From: Phoronis australis
Taxonomy: Eukaryota; Animalia; Phoronida
Direction of reading: 5' to 3'
Length of the DNA stretch: 64,000 nt
NCBI GenBank assembly: GCA_002633005.1
Contig: NMRA01000298.1
Coordinates: forward strand, 411,474 to 475,473
The notes beneath the pieces were generated by a model. It was not told the DNA's origin and did no database searches. It worked only from the letters and a program-made list of their open reading frames with translations. The translations under genes were made by a program, and so were the position numbers. Positions within the stretch are counted from its first letter, which is position 1; each line of letters opens with the position of its first letter. Of this stretch, positions 1-13,042 are shown in pieces.

Positions 1-92
1 ATGAGCATAGCAGAGCCATGCCCACTGGTCGGGTAGTCGGTATTGTGCAAAGGAACTGGCGTGACTACGTGGCTACGTTTTCTCTTGATGAG
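1..92 (+). CDS. DIS3L: DIS3L exon (cold-shock domain region), 5' edge outside window
   Basis: [30 protein letters not shown], donor GT at 93. Confidence 0.9.
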
Positions 93-132
<40 letters not shown>

Positions 133-3100
133 GTGTGTATATGACTGTGCAGTGTAGAATCCCTTGCTTTTATGTCCTTACGTGGTCGCTTTTTATCGTC
201 ATCCTGTGCTGGTGTTCATTGGGTCTGTCAAAAACCTCTGGTCATATCTTGATCAAGTTTGGCTTAACTGCGTTGGCCATCATTACACTTCAATGTAGTC
301 TGCCCTGAACCCAGGGCCAGATTGGGTGAGGGTTTTTAGTGTTTTGGGGGGAAGAGCACTTGCCATTTATAACTCCTTCTGAAAGGATGAGTTAAGATTC
401 AGTGGTCACTGAATATTGTATCTGCACCGTTAAGAACTTGGTTCTCAAAAGTTGAAATTGGAGAAGTCTGTTCTTTTTTGAATCAGTTCATTCCAGGCAG
501 GCACTAAGAAATTTTTAGGCGCTCATTGTCACCTTATCAGTTCCTAATAATTCAAGAGATGGTCCTTCAGTCAAAGGGGCCTTGGTTTGCACAACTAATG
601 ATCATAACCTTTGCCTTTGGCGTCATGTATATTGGGGACAGCTGATTTGGAACTTTATGTACTGACGATGATAATGGAAATATATTAATTGTTTGTGTTA
701 ATGTTCATTACGGAATCTTCATTACAATGAATATACAATGTATACGATAAAGGGAATGCATGCCAATGTCGTTGGTGTGAAAAACATTGCCTTGAATGTA
801 GCATTCAGTAAATTTGTTCTTTTCTATCATACACTGTTCACTGAAAAACTCTCATTCACTTTCAGCTGCAGCCTAGCCCTGGTCAAAGTCACAAAACCAG
901 TAAAGTTCTAGTCATACCATATGACCGGCGAATACCCAAGATTAGAATCAACACCAGGCAGAGAGACAGTCTAAAAGACCACAAGTAATAGCGCTTGTTA
1001 TATAGATCCGGCCTTGTTGCTACGAGACAATCTTTCGTGTGTGCTGGGATGCGTTGGAACTTACAGGTGGCGTGTAAAGGTTATGTAGGATTCTAAAAGA
1101 AAGTCCAAATTTGGCCGACTTTGGAACATTATATCTCAGAAATCTCTGAAACTTTCAGATATTACCATGCTTGATGCACGGTTCACCAGTACGCTGTAAG
1201 GGCGATTAAAATTAAGACCCACTTGTTTCATGAAACAAAACCGAAATTACTCAGAAACTTTATTATGTTTCTGCGATTTCATTAAATTTCCGTTTCCGTT
1301 TTCTGCTGGCTTTGAACCAAAGCAATCTCTGGGGTAATTTGGCGTCGTGGAGAGATGAGTTGAATGATGAGATCTTCGTTTTCTACAGGATTGTTGTGAG
1401 GATCGATTCCTGGGATGTCGACTCTCAGTATCCAAATGGACACTTTGTGCGCTCCTTGGGGAAAAGTGGCGAGCTGGAAACAGAAGTGTCAGCCATCTTG
1501 GTTGAATACAACCTTTCCGTGGGGACTTTCTCTGAAGGCATCGTAAGTTCTTACAACATGTTTGTTTTCGATTGATTCAAGCCATACACCGCACATTTAA
1601 TAACCCTGTCTGGAATCCATTTTTATTGTGCGTTAGCGTGGATATTTATCCTGGACATTACACTTTGTCTATGCATCAGGTGTATTTCAATGATGTCATC
1701 CTCAATTACAAGCCTGAATGGTGAATAAATACCTGGTGGCAGGAAAACATAATGGACATGCTGTGATGTTGAATTGAAGACATTCTCGTGCATGTGTTTT
1801 GATCCACTGGAGTTGATGAAACTTGATTATTTTTAGTTTTGCAGAGGTGATTGCTCAGGATGTGGGGTGAATGAATTATTGTTTGTCTTTGGGCGTTATT
1901 TCCCAAGTCTGTTGATAAGTCCCCGCATGCAATTTGGAGAAATTCCTCTACATGCCACTCAAGGTCAAGATACTGGAAATTACAGCCTCACCATGTAATT
2001 ATCTCCGAGGCAAGATTCCCAGTGTGGGGGGATGAAAACATTCATTGCAATTCCATATATCAATTTGCTTTGAAGTGGAACCATTTTAAGGCTGGTTAAT
2101 GTTCTTCAGAGTGGAGTTCAATAATATTTATTGTTTCAGCAGTCACATACACCAGTTCTTTTCTTTCAGTTTATATTTACCTTATACGAATTGGCACTCC
2201 AGGGGGCATTGAAGTTTGCAAATTTTGGTTTATTGCTAATGAATGCACTTTATACTTGGTTAGTTTACGTAATCAATACATCAGCAAATGTATTGTTGTT
2301 TATTTGTTTAGCTGAAGGAGATGCCTGTCAACACAGTAGACAATCCTTGGCATATGTCAAGAGATGAGGTTGCCTCTCGGCTGGACATCCGCGACAGTCA
2401 TCTTGTATTCAGCATTGATCCTAAAGGGTGCGAAGACGTGGATGACACCTTATCTGTCAGGTAAGTAGGTGAATTTTTTGTATTTCGCACTTTTTTCAAT
2501 TCAGAAATGCTTAGTAGTTTAATTTTTGTTCCACCAAAAGATGCAAAGCAAATGTCTTGAATTTGCCTTTTATGTTTGAACTCTATTTGTTCACTCTTCT
2601 CAGCAGATGTCACCAACAATCACTCATTTTGTTCCCTCGCACATTAGGTTGAGGCATTGTTTAGACAAAGCGCCCTCTGTTGGTGATTTTCAACGAGAGT
2701 CATTGATCTGCTCTTTCAGGATACTGGACGACGGTCGTCGAGAGCTTGGTGTGCACATTGCAGACGTTTCCCACTTTGTCAGGCCGGGAAGTCTCACAGA
2801 CCTTGAGGCGCAGGCAAGGTCAACAACAGTCTACCTTGCCGACAGGCGTTACGACATGTTACCTGAGGTACTCAGTGCTGATCTCTGCTCTCTCGTCAGC
2901 GGCGTGGACAGGTATGGTGTTCCTATCGTCATGATGACTTGAAGTCTGAATGTGTTTGTGGGTTGGCAGTTTTGCAGCGTGTTTATTTCAGATGTTAGAC
3001 TAATCCCAAATTGTATGTTCAGGTTTAATTTCCATCCGTCCATCCTTGGCTTTGAATGAGCAAATCATGTTTAGTGCAATGTTCAATAGTGTCTTAATGC

Positions 3101-6100
3101 GTGAACATTGGTCCTGCATATTTGTGTTCTTGGCTTGGACTACTGAGCTACACATCTGCCTTGTATTATGACAAAAATTAATGTAACTTCTGAGAAATTG
3201 GCAAGATCCATGATCCAATTTGTCTGGATTTATTGAAGGTGTATTGAAAAACTGGAGGGAAATCCAGAGAAAGTGAATTACAAATTGCTGGAGATCTAAT
3301 CCAAAAGTTTTGCTTGGAAATTTGATCTGTTTTCTGTCAAAACATGTTTGTCAATTTTCTAAATAATCGTGTTCTGAATGTTTTTAATAAAACTCAAATT
3401 TAGGAACTTTTACTCTGATTTGGTACCTCATTTCCATATAGATCACTGGTTCGAGGTGAATTTGGGTGTGTGTTCTATGCCATGCTCTCTGACATTCTGT
3501 AACCTTGTTGTAGGTTTGCCGTCTCTGTTATCTGGGAGCTAGACGCGAGTTGTGAAGTTCAGAATGTTTGGTATGGACGCACTGTCATCCGCTCTCAGTA
3601 CAAGCTGTTTTACGAGGTAACGTGTGGTAGGCAGGGTAGAAATAATCCCTCGAGGTGTGGTGAAGCTAGTGTAAAACTGTGTTGTAAATTGAAGAAATTG
3701 TTGTTTTGAATTTTAAAGTTTTATTGAGTGCTGCATTGGCAGGATAAAATGACCAACTTAAAGTTAAAACAGGAGTGAAGTGGCCTGAGGTACAATTGGC
3801 TCAACAGTTGAAAATTGCGTTTATGGGGATTATTGTTCACCAGAGCTGCAAAACAATCAAATCCATGTTAACTTTGTTCATGTGAATTGATTGCAAATTG
3901 CCAATTATCACATGAATGTTGTCGGCCAGTCATTTACTGAAACCAGTGACGTAACTGGTCAGATAAGCTCAGAATGTTGTGCAATTGATGCAGTAAGGTT
4001 CAGCTCCCCCAGCAAAGCTTTGGATTGTTACCGCTGAAGACGCGAGTTTGACTCTGCATCAGGGGTAGATCTCAGAAAACCATTTTTTCTGACTGATAAT
4101 ATCCCTTTCAGTAAAAATTATACTTAATGAGTTTTATTCTGGTCGACGTGTAATAAAGAACAAAATGTGCTTGTCTTATTTCTTGACTCCATTTTTGTAA
4201 ACGTAGAAAATTTAAATCAAAACATTCAACACTCCGGCCCAAGGTAATAGTCATATTATATGAACAATGTTCAATATATAACTTGTATTATGGGTTGTTG
4301 TTGGTGTTATACTGTCTGTGGCAGTGAATAGCTCTGCTTAAACGTGCAATGCTCAACAATCTCATACTGATCACTTGTATTACACGACTGCCGTAATAGT
4401 ATCTCAGCCTTTTACTTAACAACCAGTGGGTGACACGATATTCACTAGATGGCGCTAATGAATAAGTCTCCCTGTTTTTTACTTCTGAATTGACTGACAG
4501 TAGGAGCATGTTTATCACCATGAGGATATTCATATTATAAGGGGACTGCATTGTTGTCCGAATGCAGGCATGTCTTTGGGAAGCACACTTGCTTTACTTT
4601 CGATACCTACAGTACAAGTCTAGACAAAAGTAATCCCACAAAATACCATTTCCCTGTCGTGAGGTCTAATTTTGTTAACGGTAAAATGACTGGTAATAAG
4701 TATTTGTGCATCAATGACTTACCTACCTTACAACTGTCCTGTCATTTTCCCTTCATTCTTGGTTAGGACGGAAGATTAATCTGAATTTGGCTTCCGCCCA
4801 GCTGTCATAATGGAGAGTTCCATGTCACTTTGTGTAAAAATTGCCTTGTACTGTAGTTTCTCACTTACTGTCCTCAAATACATGTTTGTCTTTGTCGTTG
4901 AATAAGTGAAATTTCAGTTTGCTGTTAAGTCGTTGGGAACCCCATGCCTTTTTGTATAGTTGTTATCGCAAATAAAAAGTTAAGAGGGTTTGTTGGAAGA
5001 TGGGTCATTGCTGGGAGGTCTGCGGTGAAAATTTTTTATACACCTGTTGTGTTGAGTATTGTACTCTTCAGTCCTTCCTGCCTCCAGCTAATTTCCACCA
5101 ATTTTGTTCCCCTTTGTATCCATCCTTCACTACCAGACAATCATCATCTGAGATCTTAACTTTCAACCTGCAGATGGCCCAGTCAATTCACGACGGTGCT
5201 TCTAATGAAGACATAGTTCAACATGTTCCAGAATTGCAGTCACTGACGGATGAGCGTATATTACATGAAAGGTGAGTAACCCAACTGTCGTCTGATCTCA
5301 ATGGGTGGTAAAACAAATGGTGTGCACAAGTGTAAGTGTAGTTCTCAAACTGTATTGGACAATGTTGAAAGTTTAAAGAGTTTCAGCCTCAAAAATGCCA
5401 ATTTTTTTCTGGAATCCATTTCGGATCTTTCTGAGTCTCGATAAAATATCGACAGGATTTGCTCCGTCAAAGTTGTCGAAACCGACACAGCTTACTTCAC
5501 ACATGCAATACATAGATAAACAACCTGTGTTTGGGCAGAATAACTTCATATTGAACTTTGACAAAAATGCTGTTTTGTTGTGAGGAATATTAAACAAAAT
5601 GGAGCAAGTAGAAAATAATTATCCCAGTTTGGTGGTGTTTTGTCGACGTCTGTCTAGCTTGAAAGTTATATAATTGTACAGCTGTAGTTGTTCGCTGTCT
5701 GATGGTGGTGTTTGGTTTATTAGAGCCCTGGTAAGCATCTCTTTCTAGACAAAACTGACCAGCCAATCAAATTCTGACCAGCCAATCAAATTTCCTCATT
5801 TCAAAATCAGTTATATCCTCGTTTGCAGAGGTAGAAAAATCTTTCATTTAAAATTTGTTCTTGAAAGGTAAGGCAGCTAACACGCTTTGAAGTTGTCTTA
5901 GACAAAAGAACAATGCTATACGCATCTCACTCTGACTTTTTACAAAGTGTATGCTTTACAATTTTGCTACGGTTGAAGTTAATTGGTGTCAAAATGGCGA
6001 ATGGCAACCTAACAGTAAATGTAAGAGTTATTAATATTGCAGCAGTGTACAGTGGGACATCATTCCTTAGCAAATAATGGATGTAGACGCTAAGGTGGGC

Positions 6101-9100
6101 GTGGCATTCATTGACTCATCAACAATTGAATGATGGTGAACTTTAATATTAACAAGTGTGTTCATTGGTTCATCTTTGTCTACAATAATGTAATATCTGG
6201 ATATGATCTAATCCTTGTCTGGGAAAGATGTACCGTATGGTTTCAAATTAAAGTGGTTATGAAGTGGGGAAAAAACGAAGAATATACTTTTATCCATTGT
6301 CTATGAGCCGGTGTCGTGCATTGATTGTCGTTACAGGATCTCAATCCTCCGCTCAACCATTACGTCACTGATGGACATAGCACGCCACTTGAAGGCAAGA
6401 AGGCTGGTAGATGGCGCTCTGGAGCTGGAGGGGTCAGAAGTTCAAGTGAGGTTAGACGACACACGTCAAGTTGAGAACCTTATCCCGAAGCAGGTGTGTG
6501 TTTCTGTGTGCTTCACATGCATACTGTGATGTCTGCCGTTAATGAGCTTCAAATGTTTGAAACAACATCATTGAAGAATTTCAGCGATAATTGGGTAATA
6601 TTCTGCTTAGGTCAGGGTTCTATTGGGGTCAAGTATAATCATTTAAAACACACGACAAAAGTAATCGGATGAAATTACCCAGAATTCCCTCTCATAATGG
6701 CTGATCACAAGCAGAATTTCCCTCCATGACAGCCAGGTGCAGGCACAATTCACCATCATAATGGCCAGAATGACCCATCGTAATGCTATTTTGTATCCAA
6801 TTACGTAACTTATACAGTGTACGCTGTGTTGTTTTCATGAAATTTTGTCATCCTGCAGTGCGAGTTATAGTTGCAGGAAAGTAATCTCTCAACTGATATA
6901 TTTCAGCCTCTCGAAGTGCACGAGACGATCGCCGAGTGCATGATCTTTGCCAACCACTGGGTAGCTAAAAAGATCTATCAGCACTTCCCTCAACAGTCTC
7001 TGGTATGGGTCTGTTTAGTCAACTGGTGACTTAATGCCCTGTCCTGTTATGTACTTTATCGAGTACTAAGTTTTTGCTTTGGATTACCGCTAACTGTCTG
7101 AAACTGAGCAATCTTTATCAGTGCCAACACAGTTGCTTCAGTGTTGCGTAAATGCCACAGTGAGCGTTTCTTCAACATGACCATTTTTCTTACCGAAGTT
7201 TTGGCAAGTCCAATGTTCATGGAATTGGGTTTCCTAGGGGAGACCAGAATTTGCGTTTCAGCCCAAACTCAAGACTTCTACAGGAAACCATGTAAAACTA
7301 TCTATTGTTTCTCATCTGTTGATTCTCACCTGGTCCTTCTCTGTCCCCTATAGTTGCGACACCATCCCCTGCCCCTACAAGAACAGTTTGACATGCTGAA
7401 GCAGTGTGCTCTCTCCAGGGGATTTGACATTGTCACCAACTCCAACAAGACCCTGGCACAGTCCTTGGAAACAGCAGTAGACCCTTCAGATCCTGTTGTC
7501 AACAAGGTACGTCAGATTGTTCCCTTTTGTTACAGCTTTAACCACAAGCTGCTGTTGGGTTTGAAAAATGAAGAAGAATGTTTTTAGATAATGTGCTCGA
7601 TTGTCTGTTGAAAGGTGTGTTGATTGGTGACTTCAGGTATTGGCCTAGTGTTGTTTCATGTATTAGAAATGTGTTTGGAGCAAAGATGTTGTATATTGCT
7701 TAAACGGTGTTCATTTTTGGTGGATTTAATCAAATGCATGTGGGTTTAGTCACTGAAGTGTCATTCCACGCTTATGTTTTTGATGTCGGGATTGGAAACT
7801 ACACAACTGACGCACTCGTGATGTTCGTCAATAGCAGGACTGACTTGTCTGGTAAACTCTGTTCACTTATTCACAAACGCCACTGCCCAGCATGCTCCTG
7901 CACTCACGAAACACAACTTACGGAATCAAAAAACATTATTACTCCTGGCTTACTATAAACACGGCTCACTGACTGCCCAATGTTAAACATCAGCATCATG
8001 CCATGCATGACTTTGTGAATCACTGAATTGTGTTTTTGGACACGCAAGCCGTGTTTTATCAGTTAAGTACTGTGTTTGGTGGTCAGTGAACTGTGTTTAT
8101 GAGTTCGGGCACAAATTTTCAGAGAGTGAACGGATAATTTCAGTTCTTGGTAAATAGAATGTAGGAAAAACAAGACACTGTGCTTGGTTTCATCATTCCA
8201 ATATTGCTAAATATTGTCATCAGGCATCGATATTACAGTTAGTCAGTACACTGATACAATAACATAATGTACAAAGGCGTGCATAATGCAGTACTGAAGC
8301 TCCAATCTCTGCCGCAGCATGCCCCAATGTTCTGGTTTAGTGCCCTCTCTGCATGGTATTGCTTCATGAGGGGTGGCTTATGGATTAACAACCTCATACC
8401 TAACACCTAATAGTGAGCAGTGAGACATGTTTTACTGAGTGGGGCAGTCGTGTTGTTTCCACACCCTGTGGACTGTAGTTTAGTTACGATATTTGCCGTT
8501 GCAGTTACTGCGCACCCTAGCCACCCTGGCCATGTCCCAGGCTTCATACTTCTGTACGGGCTCACTAAGTCGTGACCAGTTCTTTCACTATGGCCTCGCT
8601 CTCGACTTCTACACACACTTCACTTCACCCATCAGGAGATACGCCGATGTTATCGTAAGTATTGCTTGAAACTCCAGTGGACCCACCAGCCACCAAACAG
8701 TTTACTATTTGAATTAGACCACCTGCTACTTACAGTATGAGACAAAAGTAATAAGAAAAAGTACCATTTCTTGTCATGATGGCTAATTTCCTTAACGACT
8801 GTTAGTTGCTATTCTGGAGGCAAAATGTTAATTATGAATTGTTTAGCCACCTTGTACCAACTTTTGTGTTAATTATCATTCATTCACGGTCACAATGAAT
8901 TTGGCTTCTCAGCAGCCGTCATGATGGAAGATTATGTTTCATTTTGTCACAGTACTTTTGCCATGCACTTTAAATTGGGATTTTTTCTTCCACGGGTGAG
9001 AAGTTATTTTTAATCACATAAAGACCTGGCAGCTCGTTTTTGCTGTTGGCCATTCTTGAGGCATAAAAGGGGACACTTATAAGCCAACCTATCCAGCCTG

Positions 9101-12100
9101 TTCTCGAGCAATAATGAATTGTTAGTTCTTCCAACCCGCAAAATCATATTCTCTCTTTTGAAAGAACAAGCTAAGACCAATTTATGTCAAGTGTTCTAGG
9201 TAAATCGAGTGTTAGTTTTTGGCAGAAAGCAGGTTTGTAGCTGCTTGAAAGGTTCTCAGTGTGGACATTGTCTCCCGCTGGCTCCAAACTGTCATTTATG
9301 AGAGGCGGGATCACATCCCAGCTACACTGACTGATGTTTGTTTCACTCAACTTTCTCCCGCATCTCTGAGCTCTGTCTTTATAACCCCGTTCACATGGTC
9401 AGGATTTGCATTCTGGTGTAAATTTGCACCGATATACATACAGGTGCAACAGAGCATATGAAGGAGGCTTCAAGAGTAATGAAAATGCTATTGAAGTGAA
9501 AATCTAGACATCGTCCCAGATGAGAAAGCAATTTGTTGGGGTGTACGTACAGTTAGAAAGAAAATCAAATTAGACAAAACATCATTCCAAATAATGCTTT
9601 TTCAAGCCAAAGACATGGCTGACAAAATCTATTACTGCCACACTAGCACAGAAAAGGAATCTGCATTTTTCTGTTATTGTTTTACCATGATTTCCTGCTT
9701 AACACTAGTTGCAATGAGAACTTTTAAGACAAGTATTTAGATTCAAGGTTGGATATCTTGTGTTGGCAATTTTTGTATTCACTTTTATTTATCTTTTAAT
9801 GTGCGCTAGGTATTAAAGTTTTAGACAGGGTTTTCCAATTGATTTAATATGTGCTCACCTTGTCCACACGGTTTTACTCTCAGGTCCATAGGCTACTCAT
9901 GAGGTGTGTTAGTTGTGACCATGATGACAAAGGGTTGCTTAGCAACAAGGAACTGACCGAACTGAGTCGCCACATCAACACAAAGCACAGGGTAGGCTCA
10001 CGTCCCCTGAGAAAGTTTTGGGTCACTGTATCAGTTGCTTAAAGGAATGTAGTGCAGTCTTCATTGAATAAAATTTGATTTGGCAACTCTACACCAGGGG
10101 TCCGTTTTGTGAAAACGAAAGATTTAAGACAGAAATCGAGTCTTACTTCACAATTGCTGAAAAGATTTAGCCATGGAATTTAAGAGGTAATCATAGTCCA
10201 GAAACAATTTATAGAAATTATCTCAGTAGTTAACAGTTATGAGTATGTTTTCCTCAAGTGTGACTTAATCAGATTTCTGAACTTCAATCTTAAGTTAATA
10301 GAAATGTTGCGTGACAGCACAGCTCAAGAATTTTTGTCACCAGTCGTGGACCGGTTGGAACAATAGACGAATGGCTGGCTAATTTTTGCAGATCGGCAGC
10401 AGACAACACAGCCTTCGATGATAGCTCTCGACTACTCCCTTTAAACGACATATGTCGTCATGCCTCGTCCATTGGTTTTTATTTTCATCATTTGAGCTAA
10501 TAATGAGGTGTTGGTTTTTTACTTGGGCAAGAATTTGTAAAATAAGCCATATCTCACTAATAATTAATAATATGATCTGTGGGTAAATAAGTGTTTTACC
10601 TGACAAAAAATTGTAGCCCTGGTAGCAGTGGAGGTCAAGCTAATGACTCCAAGCAAACCGTCTGTCTGGCTGACAAAAACACATAACGGCTATGGAGGAA
10701 AATTCGCCATTTCTGTTACGTCAATGAAGATTTCTCTCAACCCAGTTGTAGATGGACGATGACATTGTTTTGTCTAAGGCTTGTCCATACACGCATGCAA
10801 TCTGTCGAGATGCGTATGTTATTGAGAATTCTGTCGTTATTTGTTCTGTGGCTGGTATTATCCTGATGATCACATATGAAAAACTTACATCATGTGAAAT
10901 CTTGCTTCTGTCTTGGTTTCAATTTCTTGTTGTTGCCTAAAACCAGTTTTTTGGATTGAAAAATAAACTATCAAGAGCTGAAAATGTCAGTAATTTGTGA
11001 CGTCATGTTATGCACTGTCCTTCCAGTCTTCTCAGCATGCTCAGCGTGAGTCCCAGGAACTCTTCCAAGCACTGTACTTCAAAAACAGGCCACCAGAGGA
11101 CCCCGCCTGTACTGTGGATGGGGTCATTTTCCAGATCAGGGCTAATGGCTTTCTCATTTACATTCCCAGGTAATTGTTTTTTCACAGTTCTTTAAATAAA
11201 TATACATGTAACTGCCTGTTTGATTTTAATAAGGCCATTATTTATGGATCTACCTCCAGATTATAGAAATTCCTCTACTCTGTCTTGTGACTGCTGCTAA
11301 ATATTTGCAAATGAATCAGTATGTCTGTAAGTTAGTGAATATGAGAACAAACTGTTTTAAGTGTGAAGTTTCCTAGATTTGAGAAGGTGTTGATCAATTG
11401 ATTAATTGCGTTGAAATATAATTTTGTTGCCTTTATAATATTACATGTATTAGTCACAGGGTTCAGTATAATGCGATCGTATACATAATGGTGATATGGC
11501 CAACAGGTGCCGTGCAGACCAGACATAAAATGTTTGTGGTAATGTGGTCATGATGACTAGCGTTGTTATCTGTCTTACAATAGTTAGAAAATTTGTTGTC
11601 TTTACTTTAAAACTGGCATGGCCATTTAGAATATTAACAAATTATTTTGTTTACCCTTGTCACTAGTATTATTATAATTTCATTTTTGGTTTATTAGGTA
11701 CAGTATAAAAGGTGGTGTTTACTTGAGGAACAGGTCAGGGGAGGTAATCTCTGTCCATCTGGGAAAATGTGAATGGGTGCCTGGCAAACTGTCAATCACA
11801 GATACCATGGCGACAGTAGACAGTGTTCACGGGTCACATACGTATCACATTTTTGACCATGTTACGGTAAATTTATGAGTTTTCAGCTGACTACATGGTT
11901 TTTAATATGAAACAGTTTGTTACATGCATACAAACTTGCACTACTTATGCAGCTATTATAGTAAAGCAGTCTCCAGAACCACGGACCTATTCAATTTAGT
12001 TAGACTATCGAGATTGTACTTGTCTTCAAGATACCACCATATGTTTCATCTGGACCTGGTGTTCTTCCTACCTTCGACTCGTGTTTGTCTGACATGCTCA

Positions 12101-13042
12101 ATTGCATCCCTGACATTGTCTTCAGACACTCATTGGTTGATTGGTTGAATATGAAAAATCTGATTACACGATATTTGATTGGTACTCTGCTTGAACTGGA
12201 ACACACTGACCCTGCTGATAAACCCAGGTAGTTCAAATACAGTACTATGCATAGAAAGATGGTCACATATTTGTCTCTAGGTCATTCATGATTCATAGCA
12301 TTGGTTTTGACTCTGTGAAATGAACTCCTTAACCCGAGACAAACCACACTGGCTCCATCTGATATCTTAATCTGTTTTGAAGATCAGTTTCCTGACTGTT
12401 GCCCTTGGTGTCTTGTTACAGGTCCGTATCACCCTGGCTGAGTCCCACGCTCATTCATCAACTCTCAAGTTTGACCTCATTAGCAACTCACCACACCTGG
12501 CAGATGGCGAGTATGAACTGGCGGGTGACTTGAAGACCAACATTGTAAAGGTGATTCAAACGTTACGGCAACAGTTAAGATGGAAATGTGCTGCTTTCTG
12601 TAGTTGAGGAGAATCGTGCTTTTACAGAAAGTGCACGTGTAATTTGTTATCACAGTAATGCGGGAAAAGACCGTTTTATAATATATGTTATTGTACGTGT
12701 TTTTTAACGGAGAAATAACCTCTCCTTAAGGCCACTGTATACAGGCCCATGTAATCAGTCACTACTTTGCTACTTGGTTATGTCGCCCGTAGAGAATCAT
12801 CTCGAACAGGTGGCAATTTCAAACTCATTTGAGTTGGAGTTTTTTGTCCACACTCTTTTGCACTATTGTTGTTGTCCGTGTTATAGGAGGTTGGTGTCAT
12901 AAAAGAGCAACAAGAACGGGAAGCCAAAGAACAGAATGAGTCGATACCACTTGATATCACAGAGTACAGTCAATCCAGTGGCAGCTTGTACCAAGTATTT
13001 GAACAGATCAAATTTGACGCTTTGACATGGAGTTCTCGATAG
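1..13042 (+). CDS. DIS3L: DIS3-like exonuclease 1 (RNase II/RNB family, cytoplasmic exosome catalytic subunit); 3' part of gene, 16 coding exons, 5' exons outside window
   Basis: Exons <1-92, 866-984, 1389-1542, 2312-2460, 2720-2911, 3514-3616, 5174-5271, 6337-6493, 6907-7002, 7354-7506, 8505-8654, 9884-9991, 11027-11169, 11698-11866, 12422-12550, 12887-13042 (TAG). All GT-AG and phases join into one frame. Motifs: [33 protein letters not shown], catalytic [12 protein letters not shown] (DIS3L type; DIS3 has DPPGCTDIDD, DIS3L2 DPxTARDLDD), [31 protein letters not shown]. Confidence 0.96.
93..138. repeat. (GT)n microsatellite directly after the splice donor
   Basis: gtttgtgtgtgt...gtgcgtgtgtgt. 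Confidence 0.95.
866..984 (+). CDS. DIS3L: DIS3L exon
   Basis: ttcag|[39 protein letters not shown]|gtaata. Confidence 0.9.
1389..1542 (+). CDS. DIS3L: DIS3L exon
   Basis: ctacag|[52 protein letters not shown]|gtaagt. Confidence 0.93.
2312..2460 (+). CDS. DIS3L: DIS3L exon with RNB catalytic aspartates
   Basis: tttag|[13 protein letters not shown]...[19 protein letters not shown]|gtaagt. Confidence 0.95.
2720..2911 (+). CDS. DIS3L: DIS3L exon (RNB)
   Basis: tttcag|[21 protein letters not shown]...[30 protein letters not shown]|gtatgg. Confidence 0.95.
3514..3616 (+). CDS. DIS3L: DIS3L exon (RNB)
   Basis: tgtag|[35 protein letters not shown]|gtaacg. Confidence 0.93.
4610..4853. mobile_element. 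Tc1/mariner-type MITE in DIS3L intron (related degenerate copies ~6650-6820 and ~8733-8970)
   Basis: TA|CAGTACAAG ... CTTGTACTG|TA: perfect inverted termini with TA TSD; internal blocks gacaaaagtaat, taccattt and tgaatttggcttc recur near 8740-8950. Confidence 0.65.
5174..5271 (+). CDS. DIS3L: DIS3L exon
   Basis: ctgcag|[32 protein letters not shown]|gtgagt; phases match flanking exons. Confidence 0.88.
6337..6493 (+). CDS. DIS3L: DIS3L exon
   Basis: ttacag|[38 protein letters not shown]...LIPKQ|gtgtgt. Confidence 0.93.
6907..7002 (+). CDS. DIS3L: DIS3L exon
   Basis: tttcag|[32 protein letters not shown]|gtatgg. Confidence 0.95.
7354..7506 (+). CDS. DIS3L: DIS3L exon
   Basis: ctatag|[12 protein letters not shown]...[22 protein letters not shown]|gtacgt. 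Confidence 0.94.
7859..8132. repeat. Imperfect foldback / degenerate MITE in DIS3L intron
   Basis: Inverted blocks: tgttcact...agtgaac at the outer ends, aaacacggct...agccgtgttt inside. Confidence 0.4.
8505..8654 (+). CDS. DIS3L: DIS3L exon with RNase II signature
   Basis: ttgcag|[50 protein letters not shown]|gtaagt. Confidence 0.96.
9884..9991 (+). CDS. DIS3L: DIS3L exon
   Basis: ctctcag|[36 protein letters not shown]|gtaggc. Confidence 0.94.
11027..11169 (+). CDS. DIS3L: DIS3L exon (start of S1 domain)
   Basis: ttccag|[47 protein letters not shown]|gtaatt. Confidence 0.93.
11698..11866 (+). CDS. DIS3L: DIS3L exon (S1 domain)
   Basis: tattag|[18 protein letters not shown]...YHIFDHVT|gtaaat. 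Confidence 0.92.
12422..12550 (+). CDS. DIS3L: DIS3L exon
   Basis: ttacag|[25 protein letters not shown]...TNIVK|gtgatt. Confidence 0.88.
12887..13042 (+). CDS. DIS3L: DIS3L terminal coding exon
   Basis: ttatag|EVGVIKEQQ...[25 protein letters not shown]; stop TAG at 13040-13042. Confidence 0.85.
   Translation, partial: EVGVIKEQQEREAKEQNESIPLDITEYSQSSGSLYQVFEQIKFDALTWSSR

Noticed and set aside
18-308. 96-aa ORF with VCVCVC run
   Set aside because: Only the first 25 codons are DIS3L exon; the rest is read-through into a GT microsatellite and intron
3960-4070. tRNA gene or tRNA-derived SINE (agctcag...ggttcagctcccc)
   Set aside because: A/B boxes too degenerate and no cloverleaf
1-13042. Bacterial RNase R/II, DIS3 or DIS3L2
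   Set aside because: Spliceosomal introns, and the catalytic motif [10 protein letters not shown] with its flanks is DIS3L-type
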